Assembly: GCA_964421785.1 (NCBI GenBank)
Contig: CAYQZG010000009.1
Location: forward strand, 1 to 54,247
Direction: 5' to 3'
DNA length: 54,247 nt
Origin: an uncultured Anaerolineales bacterium
GTDB lineage: Bacteria; Chloroflexota; Anaerolineae; B4-G1
How positions within the stretch are numbered: position 1 is the stretch's first letter; each line of letters opens with the position of its first letter. Shown here one piece after another: positions 1 to 9,124 of this stretch. Below the pieces are notes generated by a model, which worked only from the letters and a program-made list of their open reading frames with translations, did no database searches and was not told where the DNA came from. Position numbers and translations under genes: made by a program.

Positions 1-107
1 GGGACGAATGCTCGGCCGAAACTTCGGAATTCTGGTCAAATGCGATTGCCCTGCGCCTCCAGATGCACTAAAGAGTTGTCTTGAGCAAAGGCTGATCAAT
101 GGTCTGT

Positions 108-135
108 TTGACAGTTCGCGCAAATTGAGTACACT
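108..135 (+). promoter_or_regulatory. putative sigma70-type promoter upstream of the ABC substrate-binding gene
   Basis: TTGACA (108-113), 16-nt spacer, TACACT (130-135). It would give a ~360-nt leader before ATG 501. Confidence 0.4.
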
Positions 136-500
136 GTATCTTGTTCTTCTCCTAGCGTGGTCTTTGATGCCTTAGCGAATCGATGAGAGCTGATCCAGGG
201 GAAGGAGTCAGGATAGACGTCCGCTAGAGGGGCGGACACGATGGTTCTGCGATGGCTTCTTCGCCGCGTGCTTTCTATAGGTCGGGATGGCAGGTCGTGG
301 GTACCGAGGTTCTGTTCCAACGAGCCTTCGCTTTTCAGCTGGATAGGGAGGTGATCTATCAGACCACATCGAGAACACAGAAGCGGAATGGACGGGCACG
401 GCTGGTCCGTGGACGGGACGAGCTGCGTGCCCTTTCCGTGATCGCCTGGCGGATCGCCGCCGGGCGAAGGTGGATGCTCATTAGCTAAGGAGGATGAACC

Positions 501-2171
501 ATGAAGAAGCTCACGGCCGTGTTGATGGTTCTCGTGACGTTGCTGCTGGTCCAATGCGGCCCCGGTCCGGCGGCCCCAACAGAGGAGCCCACCGATACAG
601 TCGCACCTCCGGAGGAGGCGACGGATACGCCAGTCCCTGAACCGGAGGAAGCCGAGCAAGTGCTGCGCATCGCCTTCGATGCGTCGGACTTGAGCACTTT
701 GGATCCCCACTTCGCAGCGGCCACCCAGGACCGGGCTATTGTGGATATGGTCTTCAACGGCCTGATTCGCTACAAGCCCGGGGATATCTCTCAATTCGAG
801 CCCGATCTGGCGAAGGCGGTTCCCGAGCCGACCACGGAGGATGGCCAACAGGTTTGGGTCTTTGAGCTCAGAGAGGGCGTGATGTGCCATCCGTGGAACG
901 GCAACGACGGATATGAGCTGACGTCGGAGGACGTGATCTACTCGCTGGAGAAGGCGGCCAACGCCGATCGCTCGGCCTACGCCGGCGAATACGACGGCAT
1001 AACGTTCGATGCGCCCGACGACTACACGGTACGGATCGTCCTGGAGGAGCCGCTCTCCCCGGCGCTGTTCCTGCCCAAAGTGACCGACTACGCGGGCGGC
1101 TTCGTGGTGTGTAAGCAGGCGGTGGAGGACCTGGGGGACGAGGCGTTCAAGACCCACCCGGTGGGGACCGGTCCGTTTGTTTTCGACAGCTACACGCCGA
1201 TGGAGAGCGTGATGTTGGTAGGCAACGACCAGTACTTCCGCAGTGCGCCCAAGCTGGCGCGGGTCGAGGCGCACTACATCCCGGACATCAGCAGCCGGGA
1301 GCTCGGCCTGCGAGAGGGGGAGCTTGACCTGGCAGAGGGGCTGCGTGAGCAGCCGTGGATCGAGAAGATGGAGGGCGCCGAGGGCGTGACGGTGGATGTC
1401 TTCGGCCCCGGCGAGACGGTTGTGCTGCACATGAACCAGACGGTGGAGCCCCTGGGGGACGTGAATGTCCGGAAGGCCATCGCCCACGCTCTCGCGCGGG
1501 AGGATTTCCTGGCCTTCTTCGGCGAGGACACGGCCGACCCCCTCTACTCACCGGTTCCCGCCCAGTTCCTGGCGGGCGGTCTTACGATGGAGGAGGTCGA
1601 GGAGGCTGGCGTGCTCTACGCGACCGATCGCGAGGGGGCCCAGGCGCTGCTGGCCGAGGCCGGCGCGGAGTCGTTCTCTCTCATCTCGAACACCTCGGAG
1701 AGGGCCAGCTATCGCCGGACGTACGAGGCGATTCAGGATCAGCTCAAGCAAGTCGGCATCACGCTCGATCTGGAGGTGGTTGACCACTCGACGATGCACA
1801 GCCTGATCCGTGAGGACGCCAACCCGCTGATCGTCTACATCGCCTGGCGGCCGAACGCTGATGTCTTCCTCACGCGGTTCTATCACTCGGACTCCATCGT
1901 CGTCACCGGTGAGAAACCGGACACCAACTTCTCACACTACACCCAGATCGACGATCTGATCGGGCAAGCCCGACAGGAGACCGATCCGGACGCCCAGGCC
2001 GAGCTGTGGAAGGAGGCCCAGGTTCAGATTCTGGAGGATGCGGCGGCCTATCCGCTGTTCATTCTCAAGTTCGTCTTCGGACGGGCGGAGTACGTGGATT
2101 TCGGCTATGACCTGCAATCGACCTTGGCTCTGTATCCCCAGATCACCGAGAACACGCAAGTGACGCGCTGA
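501..2171 (+). CDS. ABC transporter substrate-binding lipoprotein, family 5 (peptide/nickel/opine, DppA/OppA-like)
   Basis: 556-aa ORF with an AAGGAGG RBS just upstream of ATG 501. The N-terminal lipoprotein signal is MKKLTAVLMVLVTLLLVQC. Two cognate permease genes follow. Confidence 0.85.
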   Translation: MKKLTAVLMVLVTLLLVQCGPGPAAPTEEPTDTVAPPEEATDTPVPEPEEAEQVLRIAFDASDLSTLDPHFAAATQDRAIVDMVFNGLIRYKPGDISQFEPDLAKAVPEPTTEDGQQVWVFELREGVMCHPWNGNDGYELTSEDVIYSLEKAANADRSAYAGEYDGITFDAPDDYTVRIVLEEPLSPALFLPKVTDYAGGFVVCKQAVEDLGDEAFKTHPVGTGPFVFDSYTPMESVMLVGNDQYFRSAPKLARVEAHYIPDISSRELGLREGELDLAEGLREQPWIEKMEGAEGVTVDVFGPGETVVLHMNQTVEPLGDVNVRKAIAHALAREDFLAFFGEDTADPLYSPVPAQFLAGGLTMEEVEEAGVLYATDREGAQALLAEAGAESFSLISNTSERASYRRTYEAIQDQLKQVGITLDLEVVDHSTMHSLIREDANPLIVYIAWRPNADVFLTRFYHSDSIVVTGEKPDTNFSHYTQIDDLIGQARQETDPDAQAELWKEAQVQILEDAAAYPLFILKFVFGRAEYVDFGYDLQSTLALYPQITENTQVTR

Positions 2172-2195
2172 GCGCACACGAGGATGCGGTGATGT

Positions 2196-2250
2196 TCGTG
2201 GCGACTTCAGTCGCTCCCTCCGCGCGAGGAACGGCTGAAGCCGTCACGAC
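2196..2250. repeat. REP-like palindromic repeats, family a (CGACTTCAGTCG core)
   Basis: Hairpins GCGACttcaGTCGC (2201-2214) and ACGGCtgaaGCCGT (2231-2244) lie in opposite orientation in the intergenic region after the SBP gene. Same family as 8972-9093. Confidence 0.7.
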
Positions 2251-2317
2251 CAAGGAAAACGCCAGCGGCCGGTCTAAGGGCCTACTTGGAACGCTTCGAC
2301 CATAAGGACTGAAGAGG

Positions 2318-3259
2318 ATGATCTCATACATTGTCAGGAGGATGCTGGTCTCCATCCCCATCCTTCTCGTCGTTCTCACGCTGGTCTTTCTACTGGTGCG
2401 CATCGCCCCCGGCGACCCGGCGGTGGCCGCCCTGGGGGATTACGCCTCCCAGGAGGCGGTGGAGAGGATGCGGGTGCGGATGGGGTTGGACAAGCCCCTT
2501 TGGATGCAGTACGTCAGTTTCCTGGGCCGGCTGGCGCGGGGTGATCTGGGCCGCTCGCTCATCAACGACGTCCCGGTGAGCCAACAGATCCGCCGCGTGC
2601 TCCCCTATACCCTGGAGCTGACCGGCAGTGGGATTCTCGTGGGGCTCTTGTTCGGCATCCCCTTGGGCATCGTGACCGCTCTGCGGCGGAACACCATCCT
2701 CGACTACGCCGGGCGTATCTTTGGGCTGGCCGGCTTGTCCGTCCCCGCCTTCTATCTGGGGATCTTGCTGATGCTGCTTTTCGCCGTCAAGCTGGACTGG
2801 TTCCCGGTAGTCGGTGGAGGGGAGCTCTCGAACCCGCGGGACAATCTCCGCCACTTGGTCCTGCCCGCGCTCTCCCTGGGCCTGATCATGACGGCCTACA
2901 TCACGCGCATGACGCGGTCGGCTATGCTCGAGGTGCTGAACGCGGACTATATGCGCACGGCGCGTTCTAAAGGCCTCCATGAGCGCACGGTGCTGCTTCG
3001 CCATGGCCTGAGGACGGCGCTGATTCCGGTGGTCTCGGTGGTGGGGGTCTATTCCATCGTGCTGATAGGCAGTTCCGTGATGACGGAGGTAGTCTTCTCC
3101 CGGCCGGGCCTGGGGAAGTTGATGGTGGGGGCGATGAAGCAGCGCGACTATACCACGCTGCAGTCGATCATGGTGATCTACGCCTCTTTCGTGGTGGTGA
3201 TCAACTTGATCACCGACTTGGCTTACGGCGTGATCGATCCACGGATAAGATACCAATGA
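2318..3259 (+). CDS. ABC transporter permease (DppB/OppB-like)
   Basis: 313-aa multi-TM ORF. The conserved loop YMRTARSKGLHERTVLLRHGLRTALIPVVS is typical of Dpp/Opp-type permease 1. Confidence 0.9.
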   Translation: MISYIVRRMLVSIPILLVVLTLVFLLVRIAPGDPAVAALGDYASQEAVERMRVRMGLDKPLWMQYVSFLGRLARGDLGRSLINDVPVSQQIRRVLPYTLELTGSGILVGLLFGIPLGIVTALRRNTILDYAGRIFGLAGLSVPAFYLGILLMLLFAVKLDWFPVVGGGELSNPRDNLRHLVLPALSLGLIMTAYITRMTRSAMLEVLNADYMRTARSKGLHERTVLLRHGLRTALIPVVSVVGVYSIVLIGSSVMTEVVFSRPGLGKLMVGAMKQRDYTTLQSIMVIYASFVVVINLITDLAYGVIDPRIRYQ

Positions 3260-4137
3260 GTGAGCTGACTGAGCTGAGTGAGCTAACCGAGCAACAGGCA
3301 AGTTCCCGGCGAAGGCTGTGGGTGACGTTCAAGCGCAACCGGACGGCGTTGGTGGGGGTTGCCCTGGCCGTCATCGTTACCCTGCTGGCCGTTCTGGCCC
3401 CCTGGATCTCCCCGCACGATCCGCTGGAGCAGAACGTGTACTACCGTCTCAAGGGGCCGGAGCCAGGCCACCCGCTGGGCGTGGACGATTTCGGACGGGA
3501 CGTCTTGTCTCGGATATTGTGGGGGGCGCGCACCTCGCTGGTGGTGGGGAGCGCCTCGGTCGTCGTAGGCCTGATGGTGGGGACGGTGATGGGCATCGTG
3601 GCCGGCTTCAAGGGCGGCCGTCTGGAGTACGTCATCATGCGGAGCGTCGACGTCTTGCTCTCGTTCCCCACACTGGTGATGGGATTGATGGTGATGGCCA
3701 TCCTGGGGTCCGGTATGATGAAGCTGATCCTGGCCATCGGTATTGTGATGTCCCCTCGCTTCGCCCGGGTGGCCCACGGCCCCACGCTGTCGATCCGGGA
3801 GCAGGAGTTCGTGATGGCCGCGCGGGCTATCGGCGCTGACGACCTGTCGATCCTGCGGCGCCACGTGCTGCCCAACATCCTGGGCGAGTTGCTGGTCATG
3901 GCGAGCCTGTGGATGGCCACCGCGATTCGCATTGAGGCCAACCTCAGTTTCATCGGGCTAGGGGTCTCGCCCCCGACGCCGACGTGGGGCAACATGATCC
4001 GCGACGGCGTGAAGTGGCTGACGAATGCGCCCTATCTGTCGACGTTCCCGGGGTTAGCTATTCTGATCACCGTCATGGCCTTCAACATGGTAGGCGACGG
4101 CTTGCGCGACGTGGCCGATCCCAAACTGCAGGTCTAG
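3256..4137 (+). CDS. ABC transporter permease (DppC/OppC-like)
   Basis: 293-aa multi-TM ORF whose start overlaps the previous stop by 4 nt. The motif FVMAARAIGADDLSILRRHVLPNILG is typical of Dpp/Opp-type permease 2. Confidence 0.9.
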   Translation: MSELTELSELTEQQASSRRRLWVTFKRNRTALVGVALAVIVTLLAVLAPWISPHDPLEQNVYYRLKGPEPGHPLGVDDFGRDVLSRILWGARTSLVVGSASVVVGLMVGTVMGIVAGFKGGRLEYVIMRSVDVLLSFPTLVMGLMVMAILGSGMMKLILAIGIVMSPRFARVAHGPTLSIREQEFVMAARAIGADDLSILRRHVLPNILGELLVMASLWMATAIRIEANLSFIGLGVSPPTPTWGNMIRDGVKWLTNAPYLSTFPGLAILITVMAFNMVGDGLRDVADPKLQV

Positions 4138-4156
4138 GTGAGAGGGGGCTTTCAAG

Positions 4157-5152
4157 ATGACGGATATCATTCGGGCGATTCAGTACGGGCTCGGTCCGAT
4201 CGGCAGCGCCGTGGCTCGCCAGGTTGTGGAGCGGGCGGGCGTCTCCCTGGTTGGGGGCGTGGATGTCGATCCGACCAAGGTTGGCCAGGACGTCGGCCAG
4301 GTGATCGGCCTGGGCCGTCCCCTGGGCATGGCTGTGGAGGAGGACCTGATGCAGGTCCTGGAGCGCGCCGAGGCTGACCTGGTTTTACACGCGACCAACT
4401 CATATTTCCAGCTGTTCAAATCTCAGATCGTGGCGATCCTGGAGGCGGAGCTGGACACGGTGTCCACGGCTGAGGAGCTTTCCTTTCCATGGTTGGCCCA
4501 CCCGGAGGAGGCTGCGGAGATCGACGCCCTGGCGAAGCAGGTTGGCAGGACCGTCCTGGGTACAGGCATCAATCCCGGTTTCATCATGGACGCGCTGCCC
4601 CTGAATCTGACGTCCATGTGCCAGCAGGTCGATCACATCGACGTGACGAGGATCATCAACGCCTCGACCCGACGGGGGCCTTTCCAGGCTAAGATCGGCT
4701 CCGGCATGACGGTGGAGGGGTTTGAGGCCAGAATGGCCGATGGCCGGATGGGCCATGTCGGCTTGCTGGAGTCGATGGGGATGGTCTGCGATACGCTGGG
4801 GCGAGAGTTGGTCGACTTTATCTCGCAGGTTGAGCCCATCGTGGCGCGGCGTGCGGTGAGGACCGACGACGTCGACGTGGAGCCCGGCCAGGTGAGGGGG
4901 CTCAGGCAGGTGGCCCGCGGCTACACGGAGGAGGGGGAGTTTGTGTGTCTCACCTTTGTCGCCGCGCTGGGGGCGGAAGATGAGGGGGACACCATCAAGA
5001 TCACGGGCGACCCGGACCTGGAGGTCAGGCTCCGCGGTACGAACGGTGACGTCGCCACCGTGGCACTGGTCGTCAACGCCATCCCGCGGGTCAGGGCGGC
5101 CGAGCCCGGGCTGGTCACCGTGCGCGACTTGCCGATTCTGACGTACTGGTAG
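4157..5152 (+). CDS. NAD(P)-dependent amine dehydrogenase / dihydrodipicolinate-reductase-like family protein (2,4-diaminopentanoate dehydrogenase-like)
   Basis: 331-aa ORF with an N-terminal Rossmann motif IQYGLGPIGSAVARQVV. The overall pattern resembles DapB-N-domain amine dehydrogenases. Family-level call only. Confidence 0.6.
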   Translation: MTDIIRAIQYGLGPIGSAVARQVVERAGVSLVGGVDVDPTKVGQDVGQVIGLGRPLGMAVEEDLMQVLERAEADLVLHATNSYFQLFKSQIVAILEAELDTVSTAEELSFPWLAHPEEAAEIDALAKQVGRTVLGTGINPGFIMDALPLNLTSMCQQVDHIDVTRIINASTRRGPFQAKIGSGMTVEGFEARMADGRMGHVGLLESMGMVCDTLGRELVDFISQVEPIVARRAVRTDDVDVEPGQVRGLRQVARGYTEEGEFVCLTFVAALGAEDEGDTIKITGDPDLEVRLRGTNGDVATVALVVNAIPRVRAAEPGLVTVRDLPILTYW

Positions 5153-5180
5153 AGGCTGCTGGCAAGGTGGCCCTTCCTGT

Positions 5181-5209
5181 TTGCCTGATCATGCTCCGGA
5201 TGATACAAT
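5181..5209 (+). promoter_or_regulatory. sigma70-type promoter for the SHMT-GcvT fusion gene
   Basis: TTGCCT (5181-5186), 17-nt spacer, TACAAT (5204-5209). It is followed by the hairpin GCGGTCTGgcgcgtgTCAGACCGC, an AAAGGAG RBS and ATG 5283. Confidence 0.6.
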
Positions 5210-5282
5210 ATGCGGCGGTCTGGCGCGTGTCAGACCGCTTCCGAACAAGGTCATATGTATCAAGCAAAGGAGCTCACATTAC

Positions 5283-8200
5283 ATGTCAGCAGGTACCTCT
5301 GATTCGAAATCCGACTTCCTTTTCCGAGATGATCTAGAAGAGGTCGCACCATTCGTCGACGATCTCATCCGCTGGGAGGAGGAGCGGCAGGCGCGCAAGC
5401 TGATCTTCATCCCATCGCAGTCCTACGCTTCGCGGGCCGTGCGCAAGGCGCTGGGCTCTCGCTTCCAGAACATCTATGCCGAGGGCTATCCCCCGACGCG
5501 GATGACGTGGGACCCCGAGGAGCGTCTCCACGACGTCCCCTGGCAGCTGGCCTTCTACCGCCGCTACGCCGACCGACGATTCTATAAGGGCAAGGACTAT
5601 GTGAACCTTATGGAGTCGCTGGCGCAGCGCCGATGTGCCCAGGCGTTTGCCCACGATACCCTCCGACCCGAGCACATTCACGTCAACATCCAGCCTCTCT
5701 CCGGTACACCGGCCAACCTGGGCGTCTACTGGACGCTGATGGAGCCCGGGGATACGCTGATGGGGCTCGATCTCTACCAGGGTGGGCACCTCTCCCACGG
5801 CTCGGAGTTCAACATCTCCGGGCAGCGCTACGGCGTGGTCTCCTACGACGTCGATCCCAAGACCGAGCGCTTGGACTACGACGCCATCCGCGACCTGGCG
5901 CTGGAGCACCGGCCCCGGGTGATTGTGGCTGGCTACACCTCATATCCCTGGGCGCCGGACTGGGAGACATTCCGCGCCATCGCCGACGAGGTGGGCGCCT
6001 ACCTCCTGGCCGACATCGCCCACGTGGCCGGCATGGCCTCCGCTGGCGTCTATCCCAACCCCGTGGGCATCGCCGACGTCGTCACCTTCACCACGCACAA
6101 GACGATGTGCGGGCCCCGTGGCGCCGTCATCATGACCACGGACCAGGACCTGGCGCAGACCATCGATCTGGCCATCTTCCCCGGCGAGCAGGGCGGCCCC
6201 CACGTCAACAAGTTCGCCGCGATGGCGGTTGCTTTCGAGTTGGCTCAGACCGAGCAGTTCAAGCAGCTTCAGCAGCAGATCGTGGCCAACGCCCAGGCCC
6301 TCGCCGAGGGGCTGACCGGGCGCGGTTTGCACCTCGCCTACGGCGGCACCGATACGCACCTGATGCTGGTCGACCTCAATTCCATCTCCGTGGACAGCTC
6401 CGCGCCCACCGACCTGACCTACCCGGTCTACGGCGAGCCGGCTGTGCGCATCATGGATCTGGCCGGCATGGTGGCGAACAAGAACACCATCCCCGGCGAT
6501 GAGGAGACCCCCTTGGCGACCGGCATTCGACTCGGCACGCCCTGGCTCACCCAGCGCGGCCTGGTCGAGGAGGACATGGACGTCATCGCCGGCTTGATCC
6601 ATCGTCTCCTGACCAACATCAAGCCCTTCGCCTACAACGGCCTGATCGGGACGCTGCCGCGCGGCAAGGTCGATCTCGACGTGCTGGAGGAGGTGCGGTT
6701 GGGCGTGGCGGAGGTGGCCGAGCGGGCAGGCATCGATTTCGAGGTCCAGAAGAGCGACTATCCTCACTACACTTTCCTCTCCGAGGCGCCCGAGCCACGG
6801 GCGATCACCCTGCGCGTGACCGGTTGGCGCGCGCGCCAGCACATGGACGAGGTTACCACGTCGAACGTGCTTCTGTTGGAGCCGGGCGACACCATCACCA
6901 CCTACATGTTGGACCGACGCGGTGCGTTGATGGACGAGGTGGTGGTGGAGCGCGAGGAGCGGGATGAGGTCGGCCGGGATCGCTTCCTCGTCACACCCAC
7001 GCCGGTGAACGCGGCGCGGGTCACGTCGTGGCTGCGGGGCCTGGCGGACGGCTATACGCTGTTCGACGATGAGGACGTCTTCCGCAAGGTGCAGGGCCCC
7101 GTGGTCGTGGAGGAGCTTGATGCTGTCTTGGAACGGGAGGGTTCGCCCGCCGAGGCCGGTACGCCGGCGGAGACGTTGTTTGAGGCCCACCCGGAGCGCT
7201 TCGATCTCGACAAGATGTACTTCGTCGGGCAGTCGCAGCTGGAGCGGTTCGGTCCTGAGATCGACAAAGAGCGGTGGTCCTGGCAAGAACCCGAGCGGGA
7301 GGACCTCAAGCGGACGCCCCTCAATCAGGTCCACAAGGCGATGGGCGCCAACATGGTCCCCTTCGCCGGATGGGAGATGCCGGTCTGGTACTCCTCGGTC
7401 AAGGAGGAGCACCAGGCGGTGCGAGAGGCGGCAGGGCTCTTCGACGTGGGGCACATGGGGGTCTTTGAGGTGACCGGCCCCAACGCGATCACGTTCCTGG
7501 ACGTGGTCTTCTCCAACTACGCCGCCTGGATCACGGACGGTCAGTCGATGTACGGTTATTTTCTCGAGCCCGACGGCAGCGTCATCGACGATGGCATCAT
7601 CTACCGCGTGGCTGCCGACCACTTCTACATGGTGGTGAACGCCTCGAACGAGGATAAGGACTGGGACTGGCTCAACGCGGTGAACGATCGGCGGGCGCTG
7701 ATCGACCACGGTCGGCCCTGGCTGGAGGTGGAGGCCCCGGCGACCCTGCGCAATCTGAAGGATCCGGCGGTGGGCGCCGATCAGAAACGCGACATGGCCC
7801 TCCAGGGCCCGGCCTCCCTGGAGATCCTGCAGAGCTTGACCGACGATCCTGAGCTCAAGGCGGACCTGGCACGGGTACGCCGCACCGAGTTGATCGAGTG
7901 TGAGCTGTCCGGAATCCATCTGGTGATCGCCCGCACCGGCTACACGGGGGAGGAGTGGGGGTATGAGATCCTCGTCCACCCGGACCAGGCCGAGGCGCTG
8001 TGGAACGCCATCTTGGAGGCCGGCGAACCCCTCGGCGTGAAGCCATGTGGTCTGGCGTGCCGTGACTCGACGCGCATCGAGGCCGGCCTGCCCCTCTACG
8101 GCCACGAGCTCGCCGGGCACTTCGACATCAGCCCTGTTGAGGCCGGTTTCCCGGGGTACGTCAAGTACCATAAGCCGTTCTTCGTGGGGCGGAGCGCCCT

Positions 8201-8552
8201 GCTGGCCCAGGAGGACAGTCGGGAGCGCGAGCTGATCCGCTTCCGCGTGAATGAGAAAGGGACCCGGAGGCCCGATACAGGCGATCCCGTCGTCGACCGC
8301 CGAGGGCGTGAGATCGGCAACGTGACCAGCTGCTCCATCGACCAAGACGGCTATCTGGTCGGTCTGGCTATTGTGCAGAGGCGGTACAACGTCCCCGAGA
8401 CGCCCATCGCTATCTTCCCGCTGCGGGGCAAGTCGTTGGACGAGGCGCTCCTGCGTCGCAACCGCGTGCAGCTGCCCATTGAGGCCACGGTTCTGACCCG
8501 CTTCCCGGAGGCGGAAGGGGCGCGGCCGCCGTGGATGGGTGTGGAGGATTGA
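5283..8552 (+). CDS. fusion protein: serine hydroxymethyltransferase-like N-terminal domain + GcvT-like middle segment + full glycine-cleavage T protein (aminomethyltransferase) C-terminal domain
   Basis: One uninterrupted ORF. The SHMT part has YAEGYP and the PLP-lysine motif [13 protein letters not shown]. The C-terminal part has the GcvT signatures [13 protein letters not shown] and [15 protein letters not shown] moved the start to ATG 5283 (RBS AAAGGAG) because the track start at 5181 coincides with the promoter -35 box. Confidence 0.85.
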   Translation: MSAGTSDSKSDFLFRDDLEEVAPFVDDLIRWEEERQARKLIFIPSQSYASRAVRKALGSRFQNIYAEGYPPTRMTWDPEERLHDVPWQLAFYRRYADRRFYKGKDYVNLMESLAQRRCAQAFAHDTLRPEHIHVNIQPLSGTPANLGVYWTLMEPGDTLMGLDLYQGGHLSHGSEFNISGQRYGVVSYDVDPKTERLDYDAIRDLALEHRPRVIVAGYTSYPWAPDWETFRAIADEVGAYLLADIAHVAGMASAGVYPNPVGIADVVTFTTHKTMCGPRGAVIMTTDQDLAQTIDLAIFPGEQGGPHVNKFAAMAVAFELAQTEQFKQLQQQIVANAQALAEGLTGRGLHLAYGGTDTHLMLVDLNSISVDSSAPTDLTYPVYGEPAVRIMDLAGMVANKNTIPGDEETPLATGIRLGTPWLTQRGLVEEDMDVIAGLIHRLLTNIKPFAYNGLIGTLPRGKVDLDVLEEVRLGVAEVAERAGIDFEVQKSDYPHYTFLSEAPEPRAITLRVTGWRARQHMDEVTTSNVLLLEPGDTITTYMLDRRGALMDEVVVEREERDEVGRDRFLVTPTPVNAARVTSWLRGLADGYTLFDDEDVFRKVQGPVVVEELDAVLEREGSPAEAGTPAETLFEAHPERFDLDKMYFVGQSQLERFGPEIDKERWSWQEPEREDLKRTPLNQVHKAMGANMVPFAGWEMPVWYSSVKEEHQAVREAAGLFDVGHMGVFEVTGPNAITFLDVVFSNYAAWITDGQSMYGYFLEPDGSVIDDGIIYRVAADHFYMVVNASNEDKDWDWLNAVNDRRALIDHGRPWLEVEAPATLRNLKDPAVGADQKRDMALQGPASLEILQSLTDDPELKADLARVRRTELIECELSGIHLVIARTGYTGEEWGYEILVHPDQAEALWNAILEAGEPLGVKPCGLACRDSTRIEAGLPLYGHELAGHFDISPVEAGFPGYVKYHKPFFVGRSALLAQEDSRERELIRFRVNEKGTRRPDTGDPVVDRRGREIGNVTSCSIDQDGYLVGLAIVQRRYNVPETPIAIFPLRGKSLDEALLRRNRVQLPIEATVLTRFPEAEGARPPWMGVED

Positions 8553-8967
8553 GTTGAGTCGCATCATCTACACCGAGACACCGGGGAAGACGCGCCATCA
8601 TTACCGGCGCTCCATCGCCGAGATGCTGCGTCGGCTGAGTCAGAAGGATCGGGTCGACCGCGAGGCGAAGGACCAGGTCGCGCTTATCGTTCTCTGTCTG
8701 CAGGGCATGGCCGACACGGTGGATCAGACCGTCCGGGCGTGGGAGAAGCGTGATTATTGGATGAAGGCGGAGCGCTTCAGCCGAGAGTGGACCTGGTTGG
8801 ATCCTATGGCCGATCAGCTAAGCGCTTTGATCTACGAAGAACGGTGGCACGATCTTCCGGTGCTTTTGGCGAAGCTAGCGCCCCATTTCGCCGACATCAC
8901 GGTGAGGCGAATGACGCGCGAGCCGAGCTTCTGGCAAGGGGCCTATGAAAAGCTCATGGAAGGGTGA
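8539..8967 (+). CDS. hypothetical protein, coupled to the SHMT-GcvT gene
   Basis: 142-aa ORF overlapping the 3' end of the fusion gene by 14 nt. I recognised no motif, and the start codon is uncertain. Confidence 0.45.
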   Translation: MWRIELSRIIYTETPGKTRHHYRRSIAEMLRRLSQKDRVDREAKDQVALIVLCLQGMADTVDQTVRAWEKRDYWMKAERFSREWTWLDPMADQLSALIYEERWHDLPVLLAKLAPHFADITVRRMTREPSFWQGAYEKLMEG

Positions 8968-8971
8968 AGTA

Positions 8972-9093
8972 GTAGTGACTTCGGTTGTTTTCCTCTCGAT
9001 TGGGAGAGGCCCCGAGAGCGACTGAAGTCGCTGCTACGAAGCCTCGCCGGCTGCAGTTGGCGATGGCCGTAGTAACGACTTCAGTCGTTTCTC
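8972..9093. repeat. cluster of three REP-like palindromic repeats, family a
   Basis: The copies are GTAGTGACTTCGGTTGTTTTC (8972-8992, degenerate), GAGAGCGACTGAAGTCGCTGCTACGAA (9014-9040, inverted) and GTAGTAACGACTTCAGTCGTTTCTC (9069-9093). A CCTCTCgattggGAGAGG hairpin lies at 8992-9009. The cluster sits between convergent gene ends. Confidence 0.75.
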
Positions 9094-9124
9094 ACTTATC
9101 TTGTCGTCTTCAGTTGTCGGATGT

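Noticed and set aside
1-70. Possible 3' end of an upstream plus-strand gene (frame ending in TAA near position 70)
   Set aside because: Too little sequence is present to support any call.
96-1487. 463-aa minus-strand ORF overlapping the leader and the ABC substrate-binding gene
   Set aside because: It is an antisense shadow ORF typical of GC-rich DNA. Its composition is Arg/Gly/His/Leu-rich, no motif is recognisable, and the plus-strand gene has a clear RBS, signal peptide and family similarity.
5181-5282. N-terminal 34-aa extension of the fusion gene (track start at 5181)
   Set aside because: The proposed TTG start coincides with the -35 hexamer of a TTGCCT-17-TACAAT promoter. A proper AAAGGAG RBS precedes ATG 5283.
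5940-8567. 875-aa minus-strand ORF antisense to the SHMT-GcvT gene
   Set aside because: It is a shadow ORF. The plus strand carries unmistakable SHMT and GcvT motifs, while the antisense product is low-complexity. The same reasoning applies to 2390-3301, 34801-35784, 37495-38238, 39799-40623, 40639-41682, 41977-42744, 43441-44583, 46370-47398, 50299-51150 and 51571-52764.
8972-9093. Possible mini-CRISPR array
   Set aside because: The repeats are about 22-26 nt, occur in mixed orientation with irregular spacing, and are individually palindromic. No cas genes are in the window. They fit REP/BIME-type elements better.
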